Assembly (NCBI GenBank): GCA_000708835.1
Contig: DF237105.1
Span: 106,328 to 170,327 of the forward strand
Source: Klebsormidium nitens
Lineage: Eukaryota; Plantae; Klebsormidiophyceae
Direction of reading: 5' to 3'
DNA: 64,000 bases
Below the pieces are notes generated by a model that was given only the letters and a program-made list of their open reading frames with translations, was not told the DNA's origin and did not search any database. Below, piece by piece: positions 37,601 to 48,391 of the stretch. Numbering within the stretch: the stretch's first letter is position 1; every line of letters begins with the position of its first letter. A program made the position numbers and the translations under genes.

Positions 37601-40600
37601 GTGGGAGACGGAAGGACAGCTGGCAGCCCTTCGTAAGGGCTTTGAGGAAAGCTTGGAAAATCTGGACAAGGACTTGGAACAGAAGGGGGCAGAAATTGAG
37701 ACTCTGAGGCAAGAGTTGAGGAGTGAGAAGGGGAAGTTGGAGCAAGTGTCTGCGCAAAAGGACGAGTTGCGCAGAGGTTTGGAGGCGAGCGTGACGGAGG
37801 TTAATAAGTTGGAAGAGACGCTCGAAGCGGAACGGGCGGAAGTAGCGGAACTGGACGTGGCTCTGGAAGCAGAGCGGGCGAAAGTCGGGAAGTTAGAGGA
37901 GGCGCTGGAACTAGAGCGGGTAAAAGCTGGGAAGTTGGAAGAAGTGCTCGATCTAGAGCGGGCAAAACTAGGGGAGCTTGGAGAGGCGCTGGAACTAGAG
38001 CGAGAGAAAGTCGCGGAGCTTGCGAAGCTGGAGGAGGCGCTCGAACTAGAGCGGGCGAAAAGTCGGGAGGAGGTCGAGAGCGTGACGGCGCTGTTAGAGG
38101 TGGCGCGAGCGCAGAGCCGAGATAAGGAGGGGGAGATTGTGGAGTTCGTGCAGCAACTAGACGCGGCGCAGTCCGAGTGCGCGGCGCTCGCTGGCCGGCT
38201 ACAAATTGCGGAGCGCCAACTAGAGGCGGGGAGAGAAACGGTTGTTTCGGACACCGACGAGTTGCAGCGGCAATTGGACGACGCTCTGAAACTGGGCGAA
38301 GAGGCGTTGTCCGGAATCGAAGAAAAAGAAGAACAGCTGGCGGGGTTAAGAAAACAGCTAGGGGAGGTCAAGGCGCAGTTAAAGGAGGCGGTGGCGGCGT
38401 GTGACGCGGCAAAGGAGGAAGCGGACCTTTCGGACGCGCGCGCGGTCCAAATGGAGCGGGAGATGTCCGAGTTGCGGACGCAACGGCAGGAAGCGAGGGA
38501 AGCGCTGGAGGCGGCGTGTCGGAAAGGGGAGGAAGCGGAGAAGCGGGGAGATGCGGCACGTGCGGAGTTGCTAAGCGTCCGAAGCGAACTGAACGGCGTC
38601 CAAACTGAGCTAGAAAGCGTTCAAAGTGAATTAGAGAGCGTCCGAAGGGAGTTTGAGGGCGTACGAATGAGGCTGGAAGGCGTCCGGAAGGAGCTTTCGG
38701 ACGCAGAGAAACAATCGGCGGCTGTTCAGGGCGAGCGGGACCATGTCAAGAAAGAGCTGGAGGGCGTCCGGGCAGGACTTGACACCGTTCGGCGCGATCT
38801 TGATACTGTCCGAAGCGAGCGGGACAGCGTCCGGAGCGAGCTTGAAAGCGTCCGAAAAGATTTCGACGCTGCACGGAACGAGCGTGACGTCATTGAAAAG
38901 GAGTGCGAGAAAGTGAGAGACGGGACGCGGGCGCTCGCAACGGCGCTGGAAGAAGCCCGGCAGTCGCTCGCAGGAAAAGAGGAGGAACTGCGGAATGCTG
39001 CCGAAGTGCGCGAACGAGAGGTGGGGGCTTTCGGCGAAGCAGTTGAAGTCGCAAAATTGCGGTGGGAACGGGAGTCGAAGGAAGTGCAGGCTGCACTGGC
39101 GGCAGCCGTTGGCGCGCTGTCTGAGAAAGAGATGGAGGTGGCTGCTCTTGGTGAGAAGATGAGAAGTCTGCGAGAGAGGTTCGACAAGGCCGAGGCGGAG
39201 ATCGTTCGGCGCAAAGAGGAAGGCGAGCGGCTGGGGGTGAGCCTGGGGGATTTCGAAGCAAGCTTGGCGGACGCGAAAGAGAAGCTCAGAGCAGCGGACG
39301 CGACGAGAGCGGCGCTCGAGAACCAAATTGCGAAGCTGTGCCACGTGGACGGCGCGAAAGGGCGTCACGTGTCGGCAGCGGAGCTGTCAGCGGTAGAAGA
39401 GGAGTTGGCGGCCACACGCCGTGCGTTGGAGGCCCGGAAGGGGATCGTCGAGGAGATGACACGTCAGCTCGACACGTGTCAGGAGGAGAGCAGGGTTTGG
39501 GAGGAAAAAGTGGCAAGGCTTGAAGAGGATTTGGCGGAGACACAGGACGAGTTCGAGAAAAGGGTGGGGCTCTGGGCAGTTATTCTGGTGGCCGGTTGGT
39601 GTGCCGTGGTCAAAAGCCGGAACACAACGGAACGGAAAGCGGACACCGGAAGGGCAGATACCGGAATTCGGCGAGGCGAGCGCCAAGCAGATTCGGGAGT
39701 CCGGAAGAAGCTGGCGTTTCATGCGGACGACCCGCAAGCGGAGGGCAGTGTTCTGGCGGTAGAGGGCGACCTTGAGACTGGCTTTGAGGGGGATGTGGGC
39801 GCCCCTAAAACAGGAAGAAAAGCACTCCACGGAACGAAGGGAAGACCCTCGCCGGGGGTCAAACCAGGGGCGGAAACTTCCCCCGAGAATTCACTCAATC
39901 CTCCCCCGACGGATGAAGTACTAGTGGGGGTGCCGATTCCCGGAAACGAGGTGCCAAACGCCGGGGGGGTCGAAACAGCGCGGAGAGCGTCCCCCGGGAA
40001 CGAGGTGAAGTCTGCCCCGGGGGATGACGTGGCCGCTGCGCAGAGGATGCTCTCAGACCTACGTCAGCAGAGTGAATGGCTGCACGTAGAGCTGGCGGGG
40101 CTGGCAGTCGCGGAGAAGAGAGACGACCGGCGACGTCAGGCTGACGTCAGCGGACCGTTTGAAGCAGGGGGGGGCAACGACGAGGGTTCGACGGAGGACG
40201 AGTTGCGCGAAAAGTTGCTGGTAAGGACACGCTGAATTTTCATAACAGTGCGATATGGGCCTTGGCTTCATTGGACCCCTTAGGCGTGGGCCTTGGCTGG
40301 GTAAACACGAAAGCAGATTGGGGCTGATTGTGCCCCTTTCTTATATGCGCATCACTTTGAGGAATTTTCCGAGCCAATTGTGCAGCTTTTTGTTTGAAAT
40401 GCCAACAGATTTGAAGGGGGTGGGAGCCAATGAATGTCCCCCAACAAGACTTGAGTTGAGTCTGAAGTCTTGTGTTCCAATGGCTAACAAAACCAAATGG
40501 AATTGGGAGCCGACAAGTATTGAGTATTGCCCGCCAAGAATCAAGTTCGATAATGATACAAGACTCAAACCACAATTAGCCAGCAACGTACAAACGAAAA

Positions 40601-43600
40601 TGGAACCTGACCGCAGTGCAAGTATTCGGAAAATTTCCTGTCGATAACATTTGGTGATCCGTTACGTGTCAAAAGAATCTTTTATACTCGTGTTAAAAGA
40701 CCCTTCTTGCCATTCACGCGAAAGTCGAAGCGTTTCACCGATGGCGGAGTCGCTAACCTGACCAGTTCTCTCCGAACAGGGCCTCCTCTCGCGACTGCAC
40801 GACATCCAAGCGTCCCTGCTGAAATGCCTGGGCCCTGTTTCTGCTGGAGGTATCGGCCGAAAGACGTCTTCTCCCAATCTGCTCCACCCCAGTTCGGACT
40901 CGCCGGACGTGGAAACCATCTTCGGACGCGTGCTCATGGTTCTCAAGGACAACACGCATTTGTGGGCCAAGGTAAAGTGACGTGCAATGTCAACCTGCTT
41001 TGACTCCGTAAGCAAAATAGTTGGATGCGAAGTGCGGAGCTTGCAGTGTACTTTCTGAAGGAAAGCTTGTTTCCCTCTTAGGAGAATAACAGACTTAGGA
41101 AGACATGAACCCGAGATAATAATAAGGTCACGTCACTTAGGTTAAATTCAAGATGAAGGTGGATAGGGGTGCGGAGCGGGTGTCTTTCTGGGTTAGGTTC
41201 AGTATTGTGTGTCGAAGCTTATTATTGAGTCGGCCTAGTATCCTCTTTTTTGAGTTTCATCAAGAGAGTGGCCTCCGCCGTCTCAGCCATAGATTAAAAT
41301 GAAGCCGCACGAGAAATCGACGCGGCATCCTCACGAATCCACTCTTCCACGGAGATACAGAAGCTCTCTTGCCATGTGTTCCAGGTACAAGATCGGTCAT
41401 CCGTTCCGAAGGTTTTGAACTCGATTTCGTTCCGTAAGTCTGGCCTCAGTCCTTTTAGCCATCGAACACTTACAAGCGCAAAAGTTACTTCTTACTCACG
41501 ACACTTTTTCTCACGAACTCACTTGCTTTCTCTGAGGCTTGCTTGCCGTCTACCAGGTACGAACTCTGCCATTCGTTGCCCCACCCCTGGAGCAGTCTCA
41601 CGCCGCCAGCCTTCGCGAGCTGGAAAAATGGTCGCCTGTCAACTTGAATTTTAAACCCGCTCTCTTGGCATTCTCACACAACTTTCACGGACGTTTGTGC
41701 CAGGTTCGAGATCCGCCGTCCGTTCCCCGACCCCTGGAACAATCTGATGCTGCCAGCCTTCGCGCACTGGGAGACGCTTGTCCGCGGTCAAATTACTCGA
41801 TGAATTATCTCCCTTATCACATTCCAAAGAATTGTCTTCTTTTCCCACCAGATTCGAGATCTGCCATCCGTTCCTCCGTCCCTGCCCAACAGGGGGTTGA
41901 AATGATCATACTAAAAGTTGTACTGCGTTTGTGCTAGGATCGGGATTTGCCAATCGTCTCCCCGTTCCTGGAACAGTCTCACGCCGCCACCCTTCGCGAG
42001 CTGGAAACGTTTGTCGCCTGTCAATTTACAGACAGACTTGCTTGTATCATTCTCCTGAATGACTTTTTCCTGTTCCTAGATTCGCGATCTGCCAAGCATC
42101 CCTTCGACCCTGGAACAATCTCACGCTGCCAGCCTTCGCGAGCTGGAATCGTTGGTCGCCGCGCATGAGACGCTACAACGGGAGCTGCAAAGGCACGCGC
42201 GAAGCCCGCAACCTCAAGAAACGGCAACCCGCAAAACCACAACTACGGAAGGGAGCTCTCAGAGAGGGGAAGGGAGTTTCCGGGGGGGGAACAACAAGGG
42301 ATCTCGTGATGGGGGGGTGCAAAGTGATATGGATCTTGTGGGGGGGACTGTAACCGATGGTGAAAGAGCGGGGGGCGTGCAGAATGGGGTGCAAAAAGGG
42401 GAGTACGCTGACACCGACGAAGAAAGAGCCCTGGAACAGGATGAGAGAGGGGGAGTAAGACTGGCGGGAATCGGGGCTGGCTGTGAGGGGCCGAGTCGGT
42501 TAGAAAGAGGAGAGGGGAATGATGATGACGTGGACGATGACGACACGGGGTCGGTCGACCCGTCTGATCAGCTGGAAGGCGGAAACTCTGAGATGTTTAG
42601 AAAGCTCAGCTTGAGCGAACGGGAGCCGACGCTGGCCGTTGGATTGGACGGAGGAATGACCGCCAAATTTTCGGCGGGGGTCGGGTTAAGTTTGGGGTTG
42701 CCCAAACCCCCGGGCGAAGCAGGAGGGTTAGAGCGAGGGTTATCGGGTACAAGCGGAGGTTTGGAGCAAGAACCCTTCGTCAAGGTTTGGGGGGGCGAGG
42801 TTTCCGTTCCAGGGGGGTCCAGGGCTTGGTTCAACCCCGTGTTTGCGGAAGAGGAGGGGGGGGTAGAAGGAAGGCGAGATAGCGGGGAGGGTGCGGGTTT
42901 GGGGCTCGGGACGGCGATTGCGGAAGTTCTGGGCGACCGTGACAGGCTGCTCAAGCAGAATGGTCGCCTGGTTATTGAGGTGAGATAGCCCACGGGATTG
43001 CTGCTGTGATTTTTGCGGATGCAAGTTACTGGGAGGTTAGGCGTCCGGAGATGGTTGGCGACGGACAACAGCCTGCTTAGGTAGAACGGTCGCCTGATTA
43101 TAAAAGTTGAGACTCCTCGAGAAACTGATGTTACAGGCCTGAACGGAGTTTGATGCGGGTGTTCGCAGTGGAGAGCTGATGGGCGACTATGAGCAGGCTG
43201 CTCCGAGAGAATGGTCGCCTGCTTATGAAATCACCATCTTGAGAAAGTCACAGCAACACTGGAAGTGTCACAGACGATGTTGCACCCAGACAAACGGTGG
43301 ATGAGCTGGTTGCTGAAAAGAGTTGGATCTCAGTCGCACTCCATCTTTCTAGGTTTTGGGCTCCTGAATCCGGTCGCTCGCCTTGTGCAGTTGGAGACCC
43401 TCAAGTCCCGCTTCTCAGTCTCCGAGAGCGAACTAGAGCGGGCGCGCTCCGCGCTCGCCTCGGCCGCCGCTCTAGCGTCCAAACTCGACCTGGCGTACGG
43501 ACAGCTAGTCCGGGAGCTGGAGACCGTCCGCAAGGAGCGGGATGACCTGGCGCTGACGTCAGCGCCGACTAGAGTGACGTCAGCGGGGATGTTCCGGACC

Positions 43601-46186
43601 GTCCGGACGCCGGAGAGGGCCGTTCCGACGGTGCTCCCGCCGGTTCGGACGCCCGGAACATCTAGAGCGAGGGAAGAGGCGAGGAAGCGGGGAATCGAGG
43701 GCGGGGGCGGGAGGGAGGACAAGAGGCGGCGGCAGGACGGTAACGAGGGGGGAGATAAAGTGGACGTTGGGCTCCGAGGGGGGGTGGATTCTGGGCTTGA
43801 AAGCCGGGGGGGGGGAGAGGGTCTGGAGTTGAGTCTGGAGGAGAAACGTGCGGCGCAACTAGGGATGGCGGCGGGTGTGAGTGAAGCGGAGGAGCGGCGG
43901 CACCTGCGGAGCATTCTGGAACGGGTCCTTGGTAAGAGAAGCATATTGGATGGATATAAGTATGCATCTGCGTACCTATACATTGGTCATACTACATACC
44001 TGCTGTCTCCCTTCTCTCTTTTCTTATGGACATGGCAACCCCTGGGCGCCAGTGTTCAAATATGTAGTCGTCGATTAGTGGAAAAAAAGCGGCAACTTTC
44101 GGCCTCTCTGTTGGAGCGGACTGCGCCACTTAACGGAATGGGCGACCATCAGTAGACAGGAGAATTGTGAAAACTCGGATTGCTTCATTGAGCCGATAGG
44201 CAACACTGTATAAACCCATCACATTCGGTCGTTTTGCAGAAGTCATTGGCAGTTCCAGGCGTCTTTTTTAGACCGCACCTGTGGATGACCACGAGTGGAT
44301 CTTTTCATACTACCTGGTAGTTGGAGTGGAGCAAACAGGCAGAACAACCTACTCATGATTTCCGGTCGTTTGCAGAGGAGAAGCGCCGTCTCGAGGCGTC
44401 TCTTTCAGAACAGACCACCGCCCTCGAGCTCGTCACACGGCAAAGACGACACGACGGCAAAAGGGCGAAACGGGCGGAGGCGGAGTGTCGCACGCTGACC
44501 GGTGAGCACAGCCCATTAGACGATGGGTTTGTATCTGAGTTTTAAAGCAGCAAAAAGCTAACACCTTTTCAGTGATATGGTTCCAAGGGTTCAAGGGGCG
44601 GAGGCGGAGTGTCGCACACTGACGGGTGGGGACAGCCCTTCGGAAAAGAAAATTGTAACAGGTGGCATGAATACAGGGATATTTTCTGTAATAGAGTCCA
44701 CTCTGACGTTGCTGAAAGGGCAAAAAACGGGGAGGCGGAGTGTCGCACGCTGACGGGTGACGAAAGCCCTTGGAATGTCGACCTTAGATTGACAATCTGA
44801 ATGAGAGTTTGTTTCGTTCAAGATTTTGGTGAGGTCCGGAGAAGGACTCTGGTGATCCATTGAAAGGGCCCAGAGATCTGGTACGCACTCTCTTTCCTGA
44901 CGCTTCGTATACGGTCCGGTGTATGGGATTCGAGGAGTTCTGAGGGTGCATTGAATATTTGAGGCTGCAGTCCTTCGCAATTCCCTCCGAAAGTCGCTTT
45001 GCGCTTTGTTTCCTAAGAGACCTGCCGATAATCCACAGAAGACGAACTAGCAAGTATCCGCGTCGCAACAAACATATGTGTCAGGCTGATGTTACTTCTG
45101 TCCAGAACAGCCGAAGTAGATTAAGGCTCGGCGTCGCTTGCAAAGTGTAAGAGCTCATCTGCCATTCTCTAAGTAATCTGAATATGACTTGACCGAACAC
45201 GTCGATACCTGGAGCATTTACTCCGTAAACTGTGTTTCCGGCACATATATGTGGACACGCTGGTCCGGCCATCAAAACTGGACTTGTAAGCGCACTCCAG
45301 TTAAGGCAAATCGTGGCAAATCCTGATTCTTTCTTTTACTTCGTCTTTCAGGACGCCTGCACGAGCAGGGCCTGCGGCTGGAGGCCATTCTGCGCGAGCA
45401 TGCTGACGTGTGCCACCGGCTGGGGCGGAAGGAACTAGCGGTGGCGGCACTGCAGCGGCACATCAAGGTCGTCTCAAAGGTACGCACCGTCACACCTCCC
45501 CACATCTATAGGGTCAGAAAACACTACGGCTTGACTTGCTCCTTCTGAATTTTGAAAGTTGGTTTGAATGTCTTTGAGAGGAGTTAGCGGCGTTGACGCT
45601 ATGGATTCCCATTATCTCAGGATGCGAACGGAACGAGTTCCTCAAACCGCCTCTTACTCTTGAACTTTGTAACCTTGGGGTGAGTCTGAGAGTTTTGAAT
45701 CTGCTGAAGAGTCGAATAGTCGTACTGGATAGGGGGCTGCCCTTGACGTAGTTTTCTCCATGTTTTGAACTACAATTGTAAGGCTTGGACCGGGAAAATG
45801 TTCTCTCTGGATCTGGGGACTTGGTTTGGGAGACATACGATAAGCGCTTTCTTATTGCAGATTCGTGCGTCGTTCTTTTTATCAAGGTTGCCGGCAGATT
45901 CGGAATTTGATGGCGATGTAGAAGGTAGTTCGAGAGGCCGAAAGCGGGTGACGTCATCTGCAGACCAGCCGTTCGCCCACCTTCGCGGTTCTCACGTTCC
46001 CAAGAATGTATTTTGATTTCCTTTGCCACTTGCCAGCGTCTGCTGGTTTCACTTTCATCGCTTGGCCGATTAGATTTTGTCTTAGTAGCTCATCGCATGA
46101 TTCTCTTTTTGCAGGAGAACCGTGAGCTTCACGAGTCTCTGCGAGACAGGGAGAACAGGATTGTAACACTGGAGAGGCATCCTTGA
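31678..46186 (+). CDS. Very long coiled-coil protein (~2,600 aa), family not recognised
   Basis: Exons 31678-31941, ~32403-32516, ~33030-33254, ~33526-34032, 34904-36817, 37449-40220, 40780-40971, 42080-42979, 43391-43931, 44376-44501, 45352-45479, 46115-46186; phases were checked and consistent from 34904 onward. E/A/L/R/K-rich heptads; no motor or catalytic motif seen. Confidence 0.85.
34440..34990 (+). repeat. Intronic array of acceptor + exon-start copies (3 echoes plus live exon)
   Basis: GAGATGC anchor at 34484, 34631, 34779 and 34931 (live); periods 147, 148, 152. Confidence 0.9.
37820..38880 (+). repeat. Coding tandem repeats in the coiled-coil gene
   Basis: 14-aa units (KLEEALELERVKAG / KLEEVLDLERAKLG / ELGEALELEREKVA) at ~37820-38060 and 7-aa units (ELESVRR / ELEGVRA / ELESVRK) at ~38580-38880. 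Confidence 0.8.
41128..41200. repeat. Partial copy of the telomere-like element at 1360-1497
   Basis: Shares GGGTGCGGAGCGGGTG followed by T-rich and GGTTAGG sequence with 1431-1460. Confidence 0.55.
41380..42160 (+). repeat. Intronic array of acceptor + exon-start copies (5 echoes plus live exon)
   Basis: Copy starts at 41385, 41557, 41704, 41852, 41938 and 42080 (live, IRDLPSIPSTLEQSHAASLRELESL); all retain an AG. Confidence 0.9.
42930..43235 (+). repeat. Exon-end + donor echoes (2 copies)
   Basis: GAA(T/C)GGTCGCCTG at 42958 (live), 43084 and 43209. Confidence 0.8.
44220..44775 (+). repeat. Echoes on both sides of a 126-nt exon
   Basis: Upstream acceptor copy CGGTCGTTTTGCAG near 44227; donor copies GGCGGAGTGTCGCAC at 44479 (live), 44603 and 44734. 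Confidence 0.85.
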
Positions 46187-47740
46187 TAAAAGTAAAGGAC
46201 GTGTTCAGTTTTAGAGCGTGTACAGCAGCCAGCCAAATGCTTGTCTTTTTGCTGGGCTGAAAAGAAAATATAGATCAAGGGATTGGTAAAGAAGAGCGAC
46301 AAGAGGTTCTTGGCTGGTGTATCGATTATATCTACTCTCGAGAGGGGATTCTAAATTGCCCACTAGACCAGCTAGTTTTCAAACGTAGCCTCCAGAATGC
46401 TCAACTGCACCGGTACGGATTATAACCAGCTTCCCGCGAAGTTGAAGTGCCCAATGTATCTCACCGACTCCCTTCGAATCCCGACGTACTCACAGATCAC
46501 CGTCATAATCGGTGCAAATTAGCGTATATTAATATCACTTGCACGCAACTAGGTGTTCCGGAAGCTGTACAGTCACGCATTCATATAGCAGTTCTGCTCA
46601 GCGGCTGCCTTTGTAACCCTTGCATTAGATGCTGATTCAGGCTAACTCGAGCGACTCACGTAACTAACCGCACGCAGCCGGCATAAGTTGTTTTTGCGCC
46701 TGACATGGATCACCGAAAGAAACCATTAATGATGATAAACTTGAAAGCTTCCATGAAAGTAACTCGTACGGCCCACAGCCTGGCACTTGTTAAAGCCGTG
46801 CATGCCATTGTCTCATGCAGTTGCAGGGATTGAACTCAATTCTGCCTTAATATATGCATGGGAGGTCTTTCGTTTTATACGTTCCAACCGTTTATCGCGG
46901 TACGGAGGCTCGGCCAATCTCACTGCACAGGCCTGAAAGTCAATCAAAATTAATTCAGAAGGACAAGTTAGTTGGCGTCTCCAGCCCGGGAGCGCAGCAA
47001 ATCCTTCGGGGGCGGCCTTTGCGCCTTCAATGCATTGCCCGGTCAGCTAATATTGGCTGCTGACACTCGTGAAAAGGCCCCATGCACAGTGTTAGTACTC
47101 GGACCAGTACTAGAGTCTCAACTGCAGGCGGGCGGGCCCGGGCCAGCTAGGGCTGACGCAGTACCGGCAGGGCCGGGCCTCTGGAGCATCAAGCACTGCA
47201 AAAACACTAGGGTCAGATTGGTAGATTACGTTGAATAGTAACGAATAATATCACACCGGCCCTGCACCCCCCGCAGCCAAATATGTGTACTTCAGCTGTA
47301 TAATTAAACAGTCACCAACAAGCTAGGATACGTCCTTAGCAGATTGCTTAGTAAACGTCCAATCACCAAAAAAGCGGACCTTGCCATGCATGAGTGTTGG
47401 GATGCATCGAATAGATCAGTAATATTATCGGTCACGCTGCTAAAAGAGAGATGTGAGGAAGATACGAGCGCGCCTTCGATTACAAGATTTCCTCGTTACT
47501 GGCAACTCGCGAGGTGACGTCCTTCCCCTGTCTCTTGTCGATCCGTTTCATAGCGATCCTCAGTCGTGAAGAGGCCTAGCTATTACTGGACTCAAGATTG
47601 TCCATGCATGACTGAGCTGCGGCAAACTGTTCCGATGAATCGGATCAATACGAAGCAGCCCACATTTCCGAGCCGTCGATAAGCATTTGAGTCATATTTT
47701 CAACGTTCAGGAATCAGGATACGTCCGTCATTGACAAAAA

Positions 47741-47965
47741 CCCTGGCGACCATCAGCGTTTTGGGATCTTGTCGAATGTTTGTCGAATCGACATAAAATC
47801 AATACAAAATAAAATCAACACGGGATCCAGTGTCGATTCGACGGAGAAGACTTTTCAACCACTATCTGGATTGTTGATTCAGACGCGAAACTTTATCGAC
47901 GGTCTTGAAGCTTGTTGAAATCATCTTGAAAATATCCAGTTCGGTAAATCAATGTCGATCACGTA
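47741..47965. repeat. Left (sub)terminal repeat region
   Basis: AAAATCAATACAAAATAAAATCAACACGGGATCCAGTGTCGAT, plus further TTGTTGATTC, TTGTTGAAATC and AAATCAATGTCGAT motifs. Confidence 0.65.
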
Positions 47966-48391
47966 GCCAGCGTGGCTAAAGAATGTCAACATCAGCTGTG
48001 CACCTGCTGCAGTGCATGTCTGGCATTGTTTGCATGCGCTACTACCGGATCTCAGTCTGCCAACTGAGAAAAGGAGAAGGACCTCAGCCTCAGGTTCTGC
48101 AGAAGCACTGGGGCTGTGGTCACCTTAAGATGCAGGTCACTTTTGCCAATTGTGGACACCAGCTGCTATCCTGCGGGCCATCCTGGGAGCTGATGAGCTT
48201 GCGGAGCAACTGTGGAGAGTGGTAGCGCGTCGTGTGGAAGTTAGCATTGCGTTCACTTGAAGCTCTCTGGCAGTAGTACTTGAATCTCAGTAGCTTAAGA
48301 TGGAAGACCAGCTAGATCTGCATGGCGGCGGAGCCAGATTCATGGGACTTTTCTCTGGGATTTTGGGATCCTGGCTTTGTTCTGCTTGAAG

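Noticed and set aside
34106-43983. Many Ser/Pro-rich minus-strand ORFs
   Set aside because: Antisense shadows of the purine-rich coiled-coil exons.
47085-47215. hAT-like MITE (CAGTGTT...AACACTA)
   Set aside because: Only about 6 bp of inverted match and no TSD.
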